The position numbers and the translations under genes are program-made. From Bacteroidales bacterium UBA6360 (GTDB lineage Bacteria > Bacteroidota > Bacteroidia > Bacteroidales > UBA932): a stretch of 64,000 bases of DNA. Positions 36,983 through 47,317 of this stretch are shown here, in pieces (within the stretch, counting starts at the first letter, position 1; every line of letters starts with the position of its first letter). Location of the stretch: assembly GCA_002440085.1 (NCBI GenBank), contig DJRM01000046.1, positions 10,934-74,933 of the forward strand. Reading direction: 5' to 3'. The notes under the pieces were generated by a model. It was not told where the DNA came from, did no database searches, and was given only the letters and a program-made list of their open reading frames with translations.

Positions 36983-37780
36983 TTATTTGTTCTGATATTT
37001 AACCAAGATGTCCACGAGACTGATAGAAGCATCTTCCATTTCGATGGTGCGCTTCTCAATCTGGGCAAGGATATAGTTGTAGAACACCTGAAGAATCATC
37101 GCAACAATCAAACCGCCGACAGTGGTGATGAGGGCGACCTTCATACCTCCGGCGACAATGTTAGGAGAGATGTCACCAGCCGCCTGGATGGCGTCGAATG
37201 CTTCAATCATACCGAGCACTGTTCCCAAGAATCCGAGGGAAGGAGCGATGGCGATGAAGAGGGAAATCCAGCTCAGACCGTTCTCCATGAGACTCATCTG
37301 CACAGAACCGTAGGAAACGACTGTCTTCTCGACAACCTCGATGCCCTGGTCCATGCGGAGGAAGCCCTGATAGAAGATGCTTGCGACAGGACCGCGGGTG
37401 TTGCGGCAAAGTTCCTTCGCAGCCTCAACGCCACCCTCGTCAAGAGCCTTCTCGATGCCTTCGAGGAGCTTCTTGGTGTTGGTCTTTGAGAACGCGAGGT
37501 AGAGGATACGCTCGATTGCGATTGCAAGACCGAGGATAAGGCAGAGGATGATGGCTGCCATGAACGCTGGACCGCCCTCAATGAATTTGGTTTTGAGAGC
37601 CTGGTGAAGAGGAACTTCTTCCTGGGCTGCAGTCAATTCAGCGAGAGAAGTCACCTGAGTCGGAGCCGCTGCGACCTCTTCGGTAGATGCAGCGTCAGCT
37701 GCCTGATCCTGAGCTGATGCGAACTGAGCAGAAAAGGCCATCAAGCCAATAGCTGCCAAAAACATGAAAATTTTTTTCAT
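36983..37780 (-). CDS. exbB: MotA/TolQ/ExbB proton channel protein
   Basis: APSLGFLGTVLGMI and ALITTVGGLIVA; ATG at 37780. Confidence 0.9.
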   Translation of the reverse strand: MKKIFMFLAAIGLMAFSAQFASAQDQAADAASTEEVAAAPTQVTSLAELTAAQEEVPLHQALKTKFIEGGPAFMAAIILCLILGLAIAIERILYLAFSKTNTKKLLEGIEKALDEGGVEAAKELCRNTRGPVASIFYQGFLRMDQGIEVVEKTVVSYGSVQMSLMENGLSWISLFIAIAPSLGFLGTVLGMIEAFDAIQAAGDISPNIVAGGMKVALITTVGGLIVAMILQVFYNYILAQIEKRTIEMEDASISLVDILVKYQNK

Positions 37781-37994
37781 AACTGTTTTTTGATAATTAA
37801 TACTATTAAATTGTTTGTTTTTCGTTAAAAATGTCATTTCTCAGGTTCTGAACACCGTCGCCGCGTCGCCAAAACCTTAAAAATCGGTGCAATTTAGCAA
37901 TAAAAAATCATACAAAAAAATATTTGCCGCGATTTTGAAATGCCGGCATCAAAAAAATCGTCGGATAAGCTGAGCCCCGCAACGGCAAGTTCCA

Positions 37995-39035
37995 TTACAG
38001 CGTAATCTCTCCGCGAAGACTTTTCTCAAGAGAGTTTTCAACACCGGCATTGTCGGCATGCTCCCCGAGAAGCACAAAAAGTTTCGCCAGAGCGCTTTCC
38101 GTCGTGCTGTCATGTCCGTTCCTCACGCCGGCCTCCTTCAGACACCGCCCGGTCGCGTACAGATCCATGTTCACGGTTCCGGAAGGACACTGCGTCACGT
38201 TCAGGAGCACTTTTCCCATCGAATGCGCTTCACGCACCACGGAAAGGAACCAGTCAGCCGACGGAGCATTGCCGGAGCCGTAGGTCTCGATGATGACGGC
38301 TCTGGTTTCAGCCCCGCACAGAATGTTCCTGACCACCTGTGCAGTGATTCCCGGATGAATCTTGAGTATGGACACGCGAGTGTCGAGACTCTTGTGGAAG
38401 ACCGGGCGCGCATTCCAGTCAGAGGGCTTCAGGATCAGAGAGGTGTTGTAGCGGATGCTTATTCCGGCCTCGGCAAGCGGCGGAATGTTCTCGCTGCAGA
38501 ACGCCTTGAAGTTGTCCGAGCTCATCTTGGTCGTACGGTTGCCCCGCATCAGCAGATTGTCGAAATAAATGCAGACCTCCGGCACCATGGCATGCCCGTC
38601 GGAATCCCGTGCGGACGCAATCTCCACCGCAGAAATAAGGTTCTCCTTTCCGTCCGTTCTCGGCACACCGATTGGCAGCTGGCTTCCCGTAAATATGACC
38701 GGTTTGGTAAGGCCCTCTATCATAAAGCTCAGCGCCGATGCGGAATAGGACATCGTGTCCGTGCCGTGAAGGACAACGAATCCGTCATACTCGTCATACT
38801 TCCGCTCCATAAGGTCGACGAGTTTAAGCCACATCGACGGCTCTACGTCCGAAGAATCAATAATCGGATCGAAAGAACAGGAGTCTATGCGGCAGGCAAA
38901 CTTTGCAAGTTCAGGAACCTCGTCCAATATCTGGCTGAAGTTGAACGGCTTCAGGGTGTTGTCCATCGGGTCGGCCTTCATTCCGATTGTCCCGCCGGTA
39001 TAGATTATTAGTATGGAAGACTTTCCCTTTTCCAT
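37995..39035 (-). CDS. ansA: L-asparaginase type I
   Basis: IYTGGTIGM and HGTDTM. Confidence 0.93.
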   Translation of the reverse strand: MEKGKSSILIIYTGGTIGMKADPMDNTLKPFNFSQILDEVPELAKFACRIDSCSFDPIIDSSDVEPSMWLKLVDLMERKYDEYDGFVVLHGTDTMSYSASALSFMIEGLTKPVIFTGSQLPIGVPRTDGKENLISAVEIASARDSDGHAMVPEVCIYFDNLLMRGNRTTKMSSDNFKAFCSENIPPLAEAGISIRYNTSLILKPSDWNARPVFHKSLDTRVSILKIHPGITAQVVRNILCGAETRAVIIETYGSGNAPSADWFLSVVREAHSMGKVLLNVTQCPSGTVNMDLYATGRCLKEAGVRNGHDSTTESALAKLFVLLGEHADNAGVENSLEKSLRGEITL

Positions 39036-39046
39036 GTCGTATGTCT

Positions 39047-39817
39047 TTATATACCAAACAATTTCTCTGCATTCGCCGTCGTCACTGCCGCAATTTCCTC
39101 AATCGGAACACCCTTGAGTTCCGAAAGTTTCTCGGCGATAATCGGGATGTACGCACTCTCGTTCCGCGTTCCCCGGTATGGAGCCGGAGTGAGATACGGA
39201 GAATCAGTTTCGAGCACAATGCGCTCAAGCGGAATTGACTTCACGGTCTCGGCAACGGACGCCTTCCTGAAGGTCAGCACCCCTCCGATGCCGACGAGCC
39301 AGTCACCATAGCGTTCCATCTCACGAAACGTCTCCGCGCTGCCGCTGTAGGCATGGAATACCCCACGCAGCCCGCGTCCGCGAAAATCGTCAAGAACGCG
39401 GAATATGTGTCCCGTGGCCTCGCGATTGTGGATTATTACCGGAAGACTCAGTCTCAGAGCCAGTTCAAGTTGACGGCGAAACACTTCAATCTGTGCATCA
39501 AGGTTGTCGCTGCGCCAATGGAGGTCAAGTCCTACCTCGCCAATCGCCACTATTCTCCTGTCAGTGTACTTGTCAAGCATTTCAAGTTCCTCCCGCCAGT
39601 TGTCCTTAAACTCGGTCGGATGCAGGCCAAGGCACGGGAAGGCGTTCTCCGGGAACTCGTCGCATAGCGAGAACATAGCGTCCCTCACGGACTCGTCCGT
39701 GTCCGGCATCACCAGCTTTGTGACGCTGGCTTCAATCGCCCTGCGCACGGCTCCGGCGCCGTCGCCATCGTATGCGGCATCGTATAGATGCGTATGTGTA
39801 TCGACAAAATTCAGCAT
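39047..39817 (-). CDS. tatD: TatD family hydrolase
   Basis: DTHTH, GLHP, AIGEVGLD and LETDSPYL. Confidence 0.92.
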   Translation of the reverse strand: MLNFVDTHTHLYDAAYDGDGAGAVRRAIEASVTKLVMPDTDESVRDAMFSLCDEFPENAFPCLGLHPTEFKDNWREELEMLDKYTDRRIVAIGEVGLDLHWRSDNLDAQIEVFRRQLELALRLSLPVIIHNREATGHIFRVLDDFRGRGLRGVFHAYSGSAETFREMERYGDWLVGIGGVLTFRKASVAETVKSIPLERIVLETDSPYLTPAPYRGTRNESAYIPIIAEKLSELKGVPIEEIAAVTTANAEKLFGI

Positions 39818-39907
39818 AACGCCACAAAGTTAAGAATCTGTTTCGACAAGCCGAAGACAAAACGCATTTTTTGAGGATGTCAATGCAGGCGACCGCAACA
39901 AGCCTTC

Positions 39908-41143
39908 CTAACTGCGTATGGAGCAGCGATGCAGCAGGTCGACGCTTATCAGGCCGTCGTTTTCAAGCAATGAGGCCAGCTCCGCCACGCTCCTGTAAGA
40001 GAGGCCCGTCACGGCGCAGAGCCCGTCGAAGTCAATTCCGCGTTTTTCCCTGATTTTCAGCAGGATGTCCGTCATCGCCGAAAGCTTGTCCTCAGGCAGC
40101 ATACCGGAATAGCGCCTCGTCAGGCCTTCGGCCGCAGAAATGTCTCTGCCACGGACTCCGGAACTTGCTGTCCCGTCTCCGGGAATGCCCCCGCAAATTC
40201 GCGCCTCACGCGGCCGCCGTCCGCGTTCCTTTTCCTCACACAGACCAAGCTGCGTGTTCAGTCCGTCAAGCGAATCTATTATCTCCGCAACGCCCTCTCT
40301 TATGAGATGGTTGCAGCCCTGCGAACGGCTGTCGTCTCCCCTCCCTGGCAAGGCATAGACAGAACGGCTGTAGGAGAACGCGAGACGGCAGGTAATCATT
40401 CCCCCGCCCTTCACCGCAGACTCCACGAGAATCACGCTGTCGCTCAGCCCTGCAATTATCCGGTTCCGTCGAATGAAATTCAGCGCGATCGGGGCCGTCC
40501 CGGGCGGATAGTCCGTCACAAGCGCGCAGCCGGGCAGCCCCGCGATTCTGGCGGCAAAGTCCCTATGACGGCTCGGATAAACGGCGTCTGTCCCAGTTGC
40601 CATGACTCCGATTGTCGGGAGTCCGCACTCCACCGCAGTCCTGTGAGCCGTGATGTCGGTCCCGTATGCAAGCCCGCTGACAATGCACGGCGCCGCACCC
40701 GAATCCGCCAGTGTCCGCACTATGTCCCGGCACCACTGCTCCCCGTAAGCTGTAATCTCGCGCGTGCCGACGACCGCCACATAATGTCCTGTTCCGGAGA
40801 AAATCAGCTCCGGAGGACTGTCGCTCCTCACAAAAATTCCAATCGGAGCATCTTCACAGCATTTCAGCCGTTCAGGATACTCCTCCGAAGTGATGCCGAC
40901 AAACGACGAGCCTTCCACACGCAGCCGTCTCAGCACCTCCTCCGCACTGTCAAGTTCCGACTTCACGATCCTTCCACGGAACTTGCTGTAAGGACCGAGC
41001 ACAGCGTCCTTGTCCGCTTCCGACATCGCGAACACCGCAGCCGCGCTACCGAGGCTTTCTATCAGAGCAGATGCAATCCTCGGCTCATACCCGAAAATCG
41101 AATTCAGCGCACAAAGGCAGACCGTTTCATAATTGTTATCCAT
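39908..41143 (-). CDS. dprA: DNA-processing protein DprA
   Basis: AVVGTR, VSGLAYGTD, FIRRNRIIAGL, GGMIT and GCNHLI; TAGATTTG motif at 41165-41172. Confidence 0.92.
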   Translation of the reverse strand: MDNNYETVCLCALNSIFGYEPRIASALIESLGSAAAVFAMSEADKDAVLGPYSKFRGRIVKSELDSAEEVLRRLRVEGSSFVGITSEEYPERLKCCEDAPIGIFVRSDSPPELIFSGTGHYVAVVGTREITAYGEQWCRDIVRTLADSGAAPCIVSGLAYGTDITAHRTAVECGLPTIGVMATGTDAVYPSRHRDFAARIAGLPGCALVTDYPPGTAPIALNFIRRNRIIAGLSDSVILVESAVKGGGMITCRLAFSYSRSVYALPGRGDDSRSQGCNHLIREGVAEIIDSLDGLNTQLGLCEEKERGRRPREARICGGIPGDGTASSGVRGRDISAAEGLTRRYSGMLPEDKLSAMTDILLKIREKRGIDFDGLCAVTGLSYRSVAELASLLENDGLISVDLLHRCSIRS

Positions 41144-41186
41144 TCCGCAATTTTTCCAGTCCCGCAAATCTATTGCAAATAAAAAG

Positions 41187-41230
41187 AAAAACCGCCTCCC
41201 GAAGCATTCAGGGAAGCGGTTTTTTCTTTT
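41187..41230. terminator. Intrinsic terminator after queA
   Basis: AAAACCGCCTCCC-loop-GGGAAGCGGTTTT flanked by A and T runs. Confidence 0.7.
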
Positions 41231-41284
41231 TTTATATGTTATTTTTCTTTTTTTATGGATTTCTGTTGATTTCCGACATGTCCG

Positions 41285-42334
41285 TCAGATAATCAGCAGC
41301 GCATCGCCGTAAGGTCCGAACTTGTAGCCCTCGTCAAGAGCCACCTTGTAGGCGTGCATCACCTTCTCGTAACCCCCGAAAGCAGCGACAGACATGAGCA
41401 TCGTGGACTCGGGGAGATGGAAATTCGAAACAATCGCATTCGGAATCGCAAACCTGTACGGCGGGAAGATGAACTTGTTGGTCCATCCGTCATAAGGCTT
41501 CACCTCGTCGTCGGTCGTCACGAATGTCTCAAGACCGCGCATCACGGTGATGCCCACTGCCAGAACCTTGTGGCCGGTCTCTTTTGTCGTGTTGATTATC
41601 TTTGCGGCCTCCGGCGTGATGATGAGTCTCTCCGAATCCATCTTGTGCTTTGACAAGTCCTCCACATCCACAGACCGGAAATGTCCGATTCCCATGTGCA
41701 GGGTTACAAATGCCTTGTTTATGTCCTTGAGAATCATCCGGTTCATCAGTTCACGGCTGAAATGCAGACCGGCGGCAGGAGCACATACGGCGCCTTCCTC
41801 GGTGGCAAAGATTGTCTGATAGTTCTCCTCGTCCTCCTTCGTGACATGTGGCTTGACCCACTTCGGGACAGGTGTCTCCCCAAGAGAGAAAAGGGCGTCC
41901 TTGAACTCCTCATAGCTGCCGTCATACAGGAAACGGAGTGTTCTCCCACGCGAAGTGGTGTTGTCAATAACCTCTGCCACAAGGCTTTCGTCATCCCCGA
42001 AATAGAGTTTGTTGCCGATTCTTATCTTTCTTGCAGGGTCAACGATGACGTCCCAAAGTCTCTGCTCACGATTAAGTTCCCGAAGCAGGAACACCTCAAT
42101 CTCGGCCCCGGTCTTTTCCTTTTTCCCATAAAGCCTTGCCGGGAACACCCTGGTGTTGTTCAGAACAAACGTGTCACCCTTTCCGAAATAATCGATGATG
42201 TCCTTGAAAATCCTGTGCTCGATTTCTCCGCTGTCCTTGTGGAGTACCATCAGACGGCACTCGTCACGCCACACTGGCGGTTCGGACGCAATCTTGTCAG
42301 CCGTAAGGCTGAAATTGAACTGTGAAAGTTTCAT
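41285..42334 (-). CDS. queA: S-adenosylmethionine:tRNA ribosyltransferase-isomerase
   Basis: [31 protein letters not shown] and YGDALLI. Confidence 0.95.
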   Translation of the reverse strand: MKLSQFNFSLTADKIASEPPVWRDECRLMVLHKDSGEIEHRIFKDIIDYFGKGDTFVLNNTRVFPARLYGKKEKTGAEIEVFLLRELNREQRLWDVIVDPARKIRIGNKLYFGDDESLVAEVIDNTTSRGRTLRFLYDGSYEEFKDALFSLGETPVPKWVKPHVTKEDEENYQTIFATEEGAVCAPAAGLHFSRELMNRMILKDINKAFVTLHMGIGHFRSVDVEDLSKHKMDSERLIITPEAAKIINTTKETGHKVLAVGITVMRGLETFVTTDDEVKPYDGWTNKFIFPPYRFAIPNAIVSNFHLPESTMLMSVAAFGGYEKVMHAYKVALDEGYKFGPYGDALLII

Positions 42335-42410
42335 TTTCTATATATCGTTTCTTTTCTTTCAGCGTAAACAATATATTATACGATATTTTCACATTTTTGT
42401 TTCACTTTCA

Positions 42411-43025
42411 CTACATTTTTTCACGAAATACCTCCACAATTGAAGGATAAGTGTTTTTCAGATACGACGGAAGCGCCGATTTCGGAACCCACGCTGCCTT
42501 GGAAATGTCCTCCTCCCGCTGCGGTGTGAGATCGGTTGGGTCGTTATATAGCATGTCAAACCACCATGTATGCTTGAGGTGCCACATTCCGTTGCGGCGG
42601 TAGCAATGGTCAGTGACGCAGATAAGTTCCTTGAGTATCAGCTGGTTGACTCCAGTCTCTTCCTGAACCTCCCTCAAGGCGCAGGTCTGGATGGTCTCAC
42701 CTGCTTCCTGGTGTCCCTTCGGAAGATCCCAAAGTCCGTTGCGGCAAATCAGAAGGAAGTCCCCGCGACGGTTGGAAACAAGCCCTCCTCCGGCATTGAC
42801 CTGGACGAACTCCGAGCATATCTTCTGATATGTCTGTCCGACATTCTCTGTGGGTATGTATATCCTCAGCAGGGAATCGGATTTCTCGAACATGTCAATG
42901 AGGTCGTGTATTCCGAAACGGTTTGCCAGCTGAAAGACAATGGCATTGGGGTCGGACAGGGCAGCCTCGGTCGGGAGACATATTATTATGCAGCGTTTCT
43001 CCAAATATATCTTATGCGTTTCCAT
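42411..43025 (-). CDS. NUDIX hydrolase
   Basis: Nudix box PKGHQEAGETIQTCALREVQEETG. Confidence 0.9.
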   Translation of the reverse strand: METHKIYLEKRCIIICLPTEAALSDPNAIVFQLANRFGIHDLIDMFEKSDSLLRIYIPTENVGQTYQKICSEFVQVNAGGGLVSNRRGDFLLICRNGLWDLPKGHQEAGETIQTCALREVQEETGVNQLILKELICVTDHCYRRNGMWHLKHTWWFDMLYNDPTDLTPQREEDISKAAWVPKSALPSYLKNTYPSIVEVFREKM

Positions 43026-43117
43026 TATGCGTCAATTACGAAAGTTTTTATAATTTTGCATTCAGCGAACGCGCAAAGTTACGAATTTTCTTTCGTGCGG
43101 CGCACAAATTTAAATCT

Positions 43118-43567
43118 ATGGCCATGGCGAAATACAGCAGCAAGAAAGGTACGGTCTCAAAGGCGCCGTACGAACTTTATATGGGACTGACAGACCTGAG
43201 GAACATTCTGAACATGATTCCGCAGGACAAGCGCGAAGGCGTGACGGCAGACTTTGACAGCATCCACGCAAAAGTGCAGGGCTTTGACATCGGAGTGCGC
43301 CTCATCGAAAGGACGCCTTATTCAAGACTCGTCCTGAAAGACGACGGAGCACCTTTCGCTTTCACGGTCGCTCTGAACTTCGAGCCTGCGGTCTCCGCAT
43401 CGCAGACAATTTTCAGCATTGACGTAGATGCCGACCTGAACTTCATGATGAAGACGCTGCTCGGCTCAAAGATAAAGGATGCGCTTGACAAGGTGGTCGA
43501 CGGGCTCGTTGACGCCTCCAACGGCAAGATGCCGGACGGCTTTGACGCATCGAAGTTCGGACTCTGA
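43118..43567 (+). CDS. SRPBCC/CoxG-like small protein
   Basis: Alpha/beta pattern ending ADLNFMMKTLLGSKIKDALDKVVD; TAATTTTG motif upstream. Confidence 0.65.
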   Translation: MAMAKYSSKKGTVSKAPYELYMGLTDLRNILNMIPQDKREGVTADFDSIHAKVQGFDIGVRLIERTPYSRLVLKDDGAPFAFTVALNFEPAVSASQTIFSIDVDADLNFMMKTLLGSKIKDALDKVVDGLVDASNGKMPDGFDASKFGL

Positions 43568-43575
43568 ACACGGAA

Positions 43576-45054
43576 ATGATGCCGGATCCAGATTTCAGAA
43601 AATACCTTGAGGATGTTTTCGGCCCGGAAGGCGCCGGGAAAGTGCTGACGGCGTTGGAATGTCCGCCTTCGGTGTCGGTACGTCTGAATCCGTCAAAGAC
43701 AGACGCGCGTTCAGGCGACATGCCGGAAATTGCAGGAGTGGAGACGGGAGGAAAAGTGCCGTGGTGCGAACGGGGCTATTTCCTGAAGGAGCGCCCGGTG
43801 TTCACGCTTGACCCGCTGATTCATGCCGGCGCGTATTATGTGCAGGACTCTTCTTCGATGTTCGTCGGTCATGTGTTCAGACAGATGCTTGAAAGGAGGC
43901 CGGCGGAAGGAGCGTTGCCGCCATGGAGAAACGTCCGCGTGCTTGATTTGTGCGCCGCGCCGGGAGGAAAGACGACAGATCTTTCGTCTTCGCTGCGTGA
44001 AGCGCTCGGGGACAGGTTCATCCTTGTCTCGAATGAGGTTATGAAAGGCCGTGCGGGGACACTCGCCGACAACGTCGCGCTGTGGGGAGACCCGAATGTA
44101 GTCGTGACGTCGGCTGACCCGTCCGCATTCGCAAGGCTTGCGGGATTTTTCGACATCGTTCTCGCTGACGTGCCCTGCTCCGGGGAAGGGATGTTCCGAA
44201 AGGACGAGAAAGCCGTTGAGCAGTGGTCTGCGGAAACTGTCTCACTGTGCGCGGCAAGGCAGCGGAGGATTCTCGCCGACGTGTGGCCGGCACTGGCCCC
44301 GGGAGGGTTTCTGATATATTCCACCTGCACGTTCAACAGATATGAGAATGACGACAATGTCGGATGGGCGGCATCCGAACTCGGAGCCGGGGTTCAGGCA
44401 CCGTACTGCCCGTATGAGGGACCGGTGCGGACGGAGCATGGGTATTCCCTCGCACCCGGATTTGTACAGGGTGAAGGACAGTATTGTGCCGTCCTGAGAA
44501 AAAATGAAGACGGTTCCAGAAACGTCTCCGCGATGGAGGCAGCCGGGAAAACGCCGGATCGCATGCGCCGAGGCAGCGTAGGGACGAAGAGCATGGAAAA
44601 GAGCCGCACAATCAGCAGCGGGACTTCCGCCATTCCCGTTAAGGAACTCGCCGGAATGTTCTCGGCCGAAGTCTCGTTCCGGGACAGAAATGGTCTGATG
44701 ACAGCGGTGCCTCAACAGATTGAAGATGACCTCGCCGCCGTCGAGAAAAGCCTGAAGCCGCTCTTGGCAGGTGTGGCGGTCGGCACGATGAAAGCCGGAA
44801 ATCTGATTCCTTCCGCAGACCTCGCCCTGTCGACAATTCTCCGCGAGGACGCATTCCCGAACGCGGAACTCGACAAAAAAGTCGCGCTGGAGTTTCTCCA
44901 CCGCGACACTATAAGACTTGAGGATTCCCCTCTCGGATACATAACCGTCTCCTATAAAGGTATCAGGCTCGGCTTTGTCAAGAACATAGGCAACCGCTGC
45001 AATAATCTTCATCCGATGTCCAGAAGAATCATAATGAACTTACGGGACAAATAA
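43576..45054 (+). CDS. rsmF: RsmF/NOL1/NOP2-family rRNA m5C methyltransferase
   Basis: YYVQDSSSM, DLCAAPGGKT, DVPCSGEG and YSTCTFN. Confidence 0.88.
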   Translation: MMPDPDFRKYLEDVFGPEGAGKVLTALECPPSVSVRLNPSKTDARSGDMPEIAGVETGGKVPWCERGYFLKERPVFTLDPLIHAGAYYVQDSSSMFVGHVFRQMLERRPAEGALPPWRNVRVLDLCAAPGGKTTDLSSSLREALGDRFILVSNEVMKGRAGTLADNVALWGDPNVVVTSADPSAFARLAGFFDIVLADVPCSGEGMFRKDEKAVEQWSAETVSLCAARQRRILADVWPALAPGGFLIYSTCTFNRYENDDNVGWAASELGAGVQAPYCPYEGPVRTEHGYSLAPGFVQGEGQYCAVLRKNEDGSRNVSAMEAAGKTPDRMRRGSVGTKSMEKSRTISSGTSAIPVKELAGMFSAEVSFRDRNGLMTAVPQQIEDDLAAVEKSLKPLLAGVAVGTMKAGNLIPSADLALSTILREDAFPNAELDKKVALEFLHRDTIRLEDSPLGYITVSYKGIRLGFVKNIGNRCNNLHPMSRRIIMNLRDK

Positions 45055-45267
45055 AAAGCGAACTGCTTCGTTGCATGTGAATTTCAAATCCTCACAACCA
45101 CAAGGTTGCTCCGGTTTAAAATCCCCAGTGCGCCTTGCATTTCATCTTTTTCTTTGCCCCTCTCACCCAAACTTATTACAAAGCGTGTGGTCTCAACGCT
45201 TCTTGGCTGCTGTGAGGATTTCATCGAGACGCCAACGCTGCAGACCGCTTTTTATTCGCCACGTCCC
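45043..45267. repeat. One complete and one partial, oppositely oriented MITE/REP-like element between convergent genes
   Basis: 45043-45160 has imperfect TIRs (CGGGACAAATAAAAAGCGA / TCATCTTTTTCTTTGCCCC). 45211-45267 (TGTGAGGATTT...CCAACGC...CCGCTTTTTATTCG) matches 3195-3243. Confidence 0.72.
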
Positions 45268-46835
45268 AACGCTTCTTGGAGAGTCTTGTCAATGCCTACA
45301 TAGAAGCGGTAAAATGCTTCCTCGCCAACTTTTGAGTAGCGGCCCACAAGCGCCTTGATCTGCACCATCATATATTCCTCGGACTCCTCCCATTCGCCCT
45401 TTTTCGGCCGAAGACCATCCTTGGTGGCTGCATAGTCAAGGAACTGGCGGTCAAGATGCTGTGCATCCAGCCACTGCTCCAACTTCCCAAAGTCGTCAAT
45501 CTGCGCAAGCTCAGAGCGGTATTTGTCAAACATCGCGCTCGCGAACCTCATGGCCGTGGCTTTCCTGTTGCACTGGATGTAGAATGTCGACGCGCGTGTC
45601 GTGTCCATAGGCACGAATATGTCCGGAATGATGCCGCCTCCGCCATAGACAGCACGTCCTCCCACAGTGTAGTAGACTTCATCCTTGTTGACCTTGATGC
45701 TGTCGGCGTCTGTCAGCTCGCCGTGGGCATACCGCTCGTAAATGTCGTATGCGTAATCATCACCGTATGGTTTCTGGATGCAGCGTCCGGACGGGGTGTA
45801 GAAGCGCGCTACAGTAAGCCTCAGTCCGCTGCCGTCAGTGAAGTTGATCGGCTCCTGAACCAGTCCCTTTCCGAAAGAGCGGCGTCCGATGATGACGCCC
45901 CTGTCATTATCCTGCATCGCTCCGGCGAAGATTTCGCTCGAAGAAGCCGAGCCCTCGTCAATCAGCACTGAAAGCTTCACGTCCTTGAGAGTGCCCTTCC
46001 CGTCGGCATCCAAGTCCGAACGCGAGCGGTGCAGTCCCTGCATGTAGACGACTTTGTCACCCTTTTCAAGAAACTCGTTGCAGAGCATATATGCCTGGTC
46101 AAGATAACCGCCGGTGTTTTCGCGGAGGTCGAAAATCAGATGCTTCAGCCCTTGTGCACGAAGTTTTGAAACGGCGGAAATAAACTCGACGTACGTCGTC
46201 CTCGTGAACTTCGCGAGCTTGACATATCCCGTTTCAGCGTTGATCATGAATGCCGCGTCAACGCAATGAACAGGTATCTTGCCCCGAGTAATGTCGAACG
46301 GTATCAATTCCCCGTCACGGTTAACGGTAATCTTCACCTTTGAGCCCGATGGACCCTTCATAAGACGCACCATCGAATCCTGCGGCGTCTTCATCCCCGC
46401 AATCACTTTCTCGTCGACACGTATAATCCTGTCTCCCTGAAGAAGTCCGGCCTTCTCCGACGGTCCACCGGGGATGACGCTCAACACTATCGCGGTGTCA
46501 TTCGGGACGTTGAACTGTATTCCTATACCCTCGAAATTTCCGGCAAGCTCCGTCTCGGACTCCTCCAGTTCAACCGGAGGAAGATAAATGGAATGCGGAT
46601 CCAGCTTGCTCAACGCGGCCACCACAGCCGCATCCGTCATCGCCTTCTGATCTATGGTGTCGACATAGTTCTCCTCGACCTGTTCCAGAATCAGGTTCAG
46701 CTTACGCCAGCGATTGTAGTCTCCGTCAAATTCTCTCGACGGCCCTGCAAGGCGGACGCATATCATGCAAACCGCCGCTCCTATCAGCACTCCGAGCAAC
46801 GCCGAGACAAGTGCGTATGTGTTGCGTCTCATCAT
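45252..46835 (-). CDS. S41 family C-terminal processing protease (PDZ)
   Basis: LDPHS, FEGIGI, DLRENTGG, SASSSEIFAG and SFGKGLVQ. Confidence 0.92.
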   Translation of the reverse strand: MMRRNTYALVSALLGVLIGAAVCMICVRLAGPSREFDGDYNRWRKLNLILEQVEENYVDTIDQKAMTDAAVVAALSKLDPHSIYLPPVELEESETELAGNFEGIGIQFNVPNDTAIVLSVIPGGPSEKAGLLQGDRIIRVDEKVIAGMKTPQDSMVRLMKGPSGSKVKITVNRDGELIPFDITRGKIPVHCVDAAFMINAETGYVKLAKFTRTTYVEFISAVSKLRAQGLKHLIFDLRENTGGYLDQAYMLCNEFLEKGDKVVYMQGLHRSRSDLDADGKGTLKDVKLSVLIDEGSASSSEIFAGAMQDNDRGVIIGRRSFGKGLVQEPINFTDGSGLRLTVARFYTPSGRCIQKPYGDDYAYDIYERYAHGELTDADSIKVNKDEVYYTVGGRAVYGGGGIIPDIFVPMDTTRASTFYIQCNRKATAMRFASAMFDKYRSELAQIDDFGKLEQWLDAQHLDRQFLDYAATKDGLRPKKGEWEESEEYMMVQIKALVGRYSKVGEEAFYRFYVGIDKTLQEALGRGE

Positions 46836-46843
46836 GTAAAAAA

Positions 46844-47251
46844 CTATTCGTCAACCTGTTCGACTTCGATTCCGGCCCTATCCAACAGTTCGATGCCGTC
46901 TGTCAGCCTGTATGAATCCTTATATACCACGCGCCTGATGCCTGCCTGGATTATGAGCTTAGCGCACTCGACGCACGGTGATGCCGTGACATATAGCGTA
47001 GCCCCTTCGCTGCTGTTGCCTGACTTCGCGACCTTAGTGATTGCATTTGCCTCGGCATGAAGCACGTACGGCTTCGTGACACCGCTTTCGTCCTCACAGA
47101 CATTTTCGAATCCGGAAGGCGTGCCGTTGTAGCCGTCGGAAATTATCATCCTGTCCTTGACTATGAGCGCCCCCACCTGACGGCGTTTGCAGTAGGAGTT
47201 ACGTGCCCACACCGCCGCCATCTCAAGATAGGCCTTGTCGAACTTTTCCAT
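46844..47251 (-). CDS. dCMP deaminase family protein
   Basis: GYNGTP, HAEANAI and SPCVECAK. Confidence 0.92.
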   Translation of the reverse strand: MEKFDKAYLEMAAVWARNSYCKRRQVGALIVKDRMIISDGYNGTPSGFENVCEDESGVTKPYVLHAEANAITKVAKSGNSSEGATLYVTASPCVECAKLIIQAGIRRVVYKDSYRLTDGIELLDRAGIEVEQVDE

Positions 47252-47317
47252 CGTCTATTCAAATTTTGCGAACATCTAACTTATTGCGAATATTAAAGCA
47301 TTTGCGAAACTTGACGT

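Noticed and set aside
39047..47251. TatD, DprA, QueA, NUDIX and dCMP deaminase as a phage-defence island
   Set aside because: All look like ordinary housekeeping orthologues with separate promoters or terminators and no defence partner genes.
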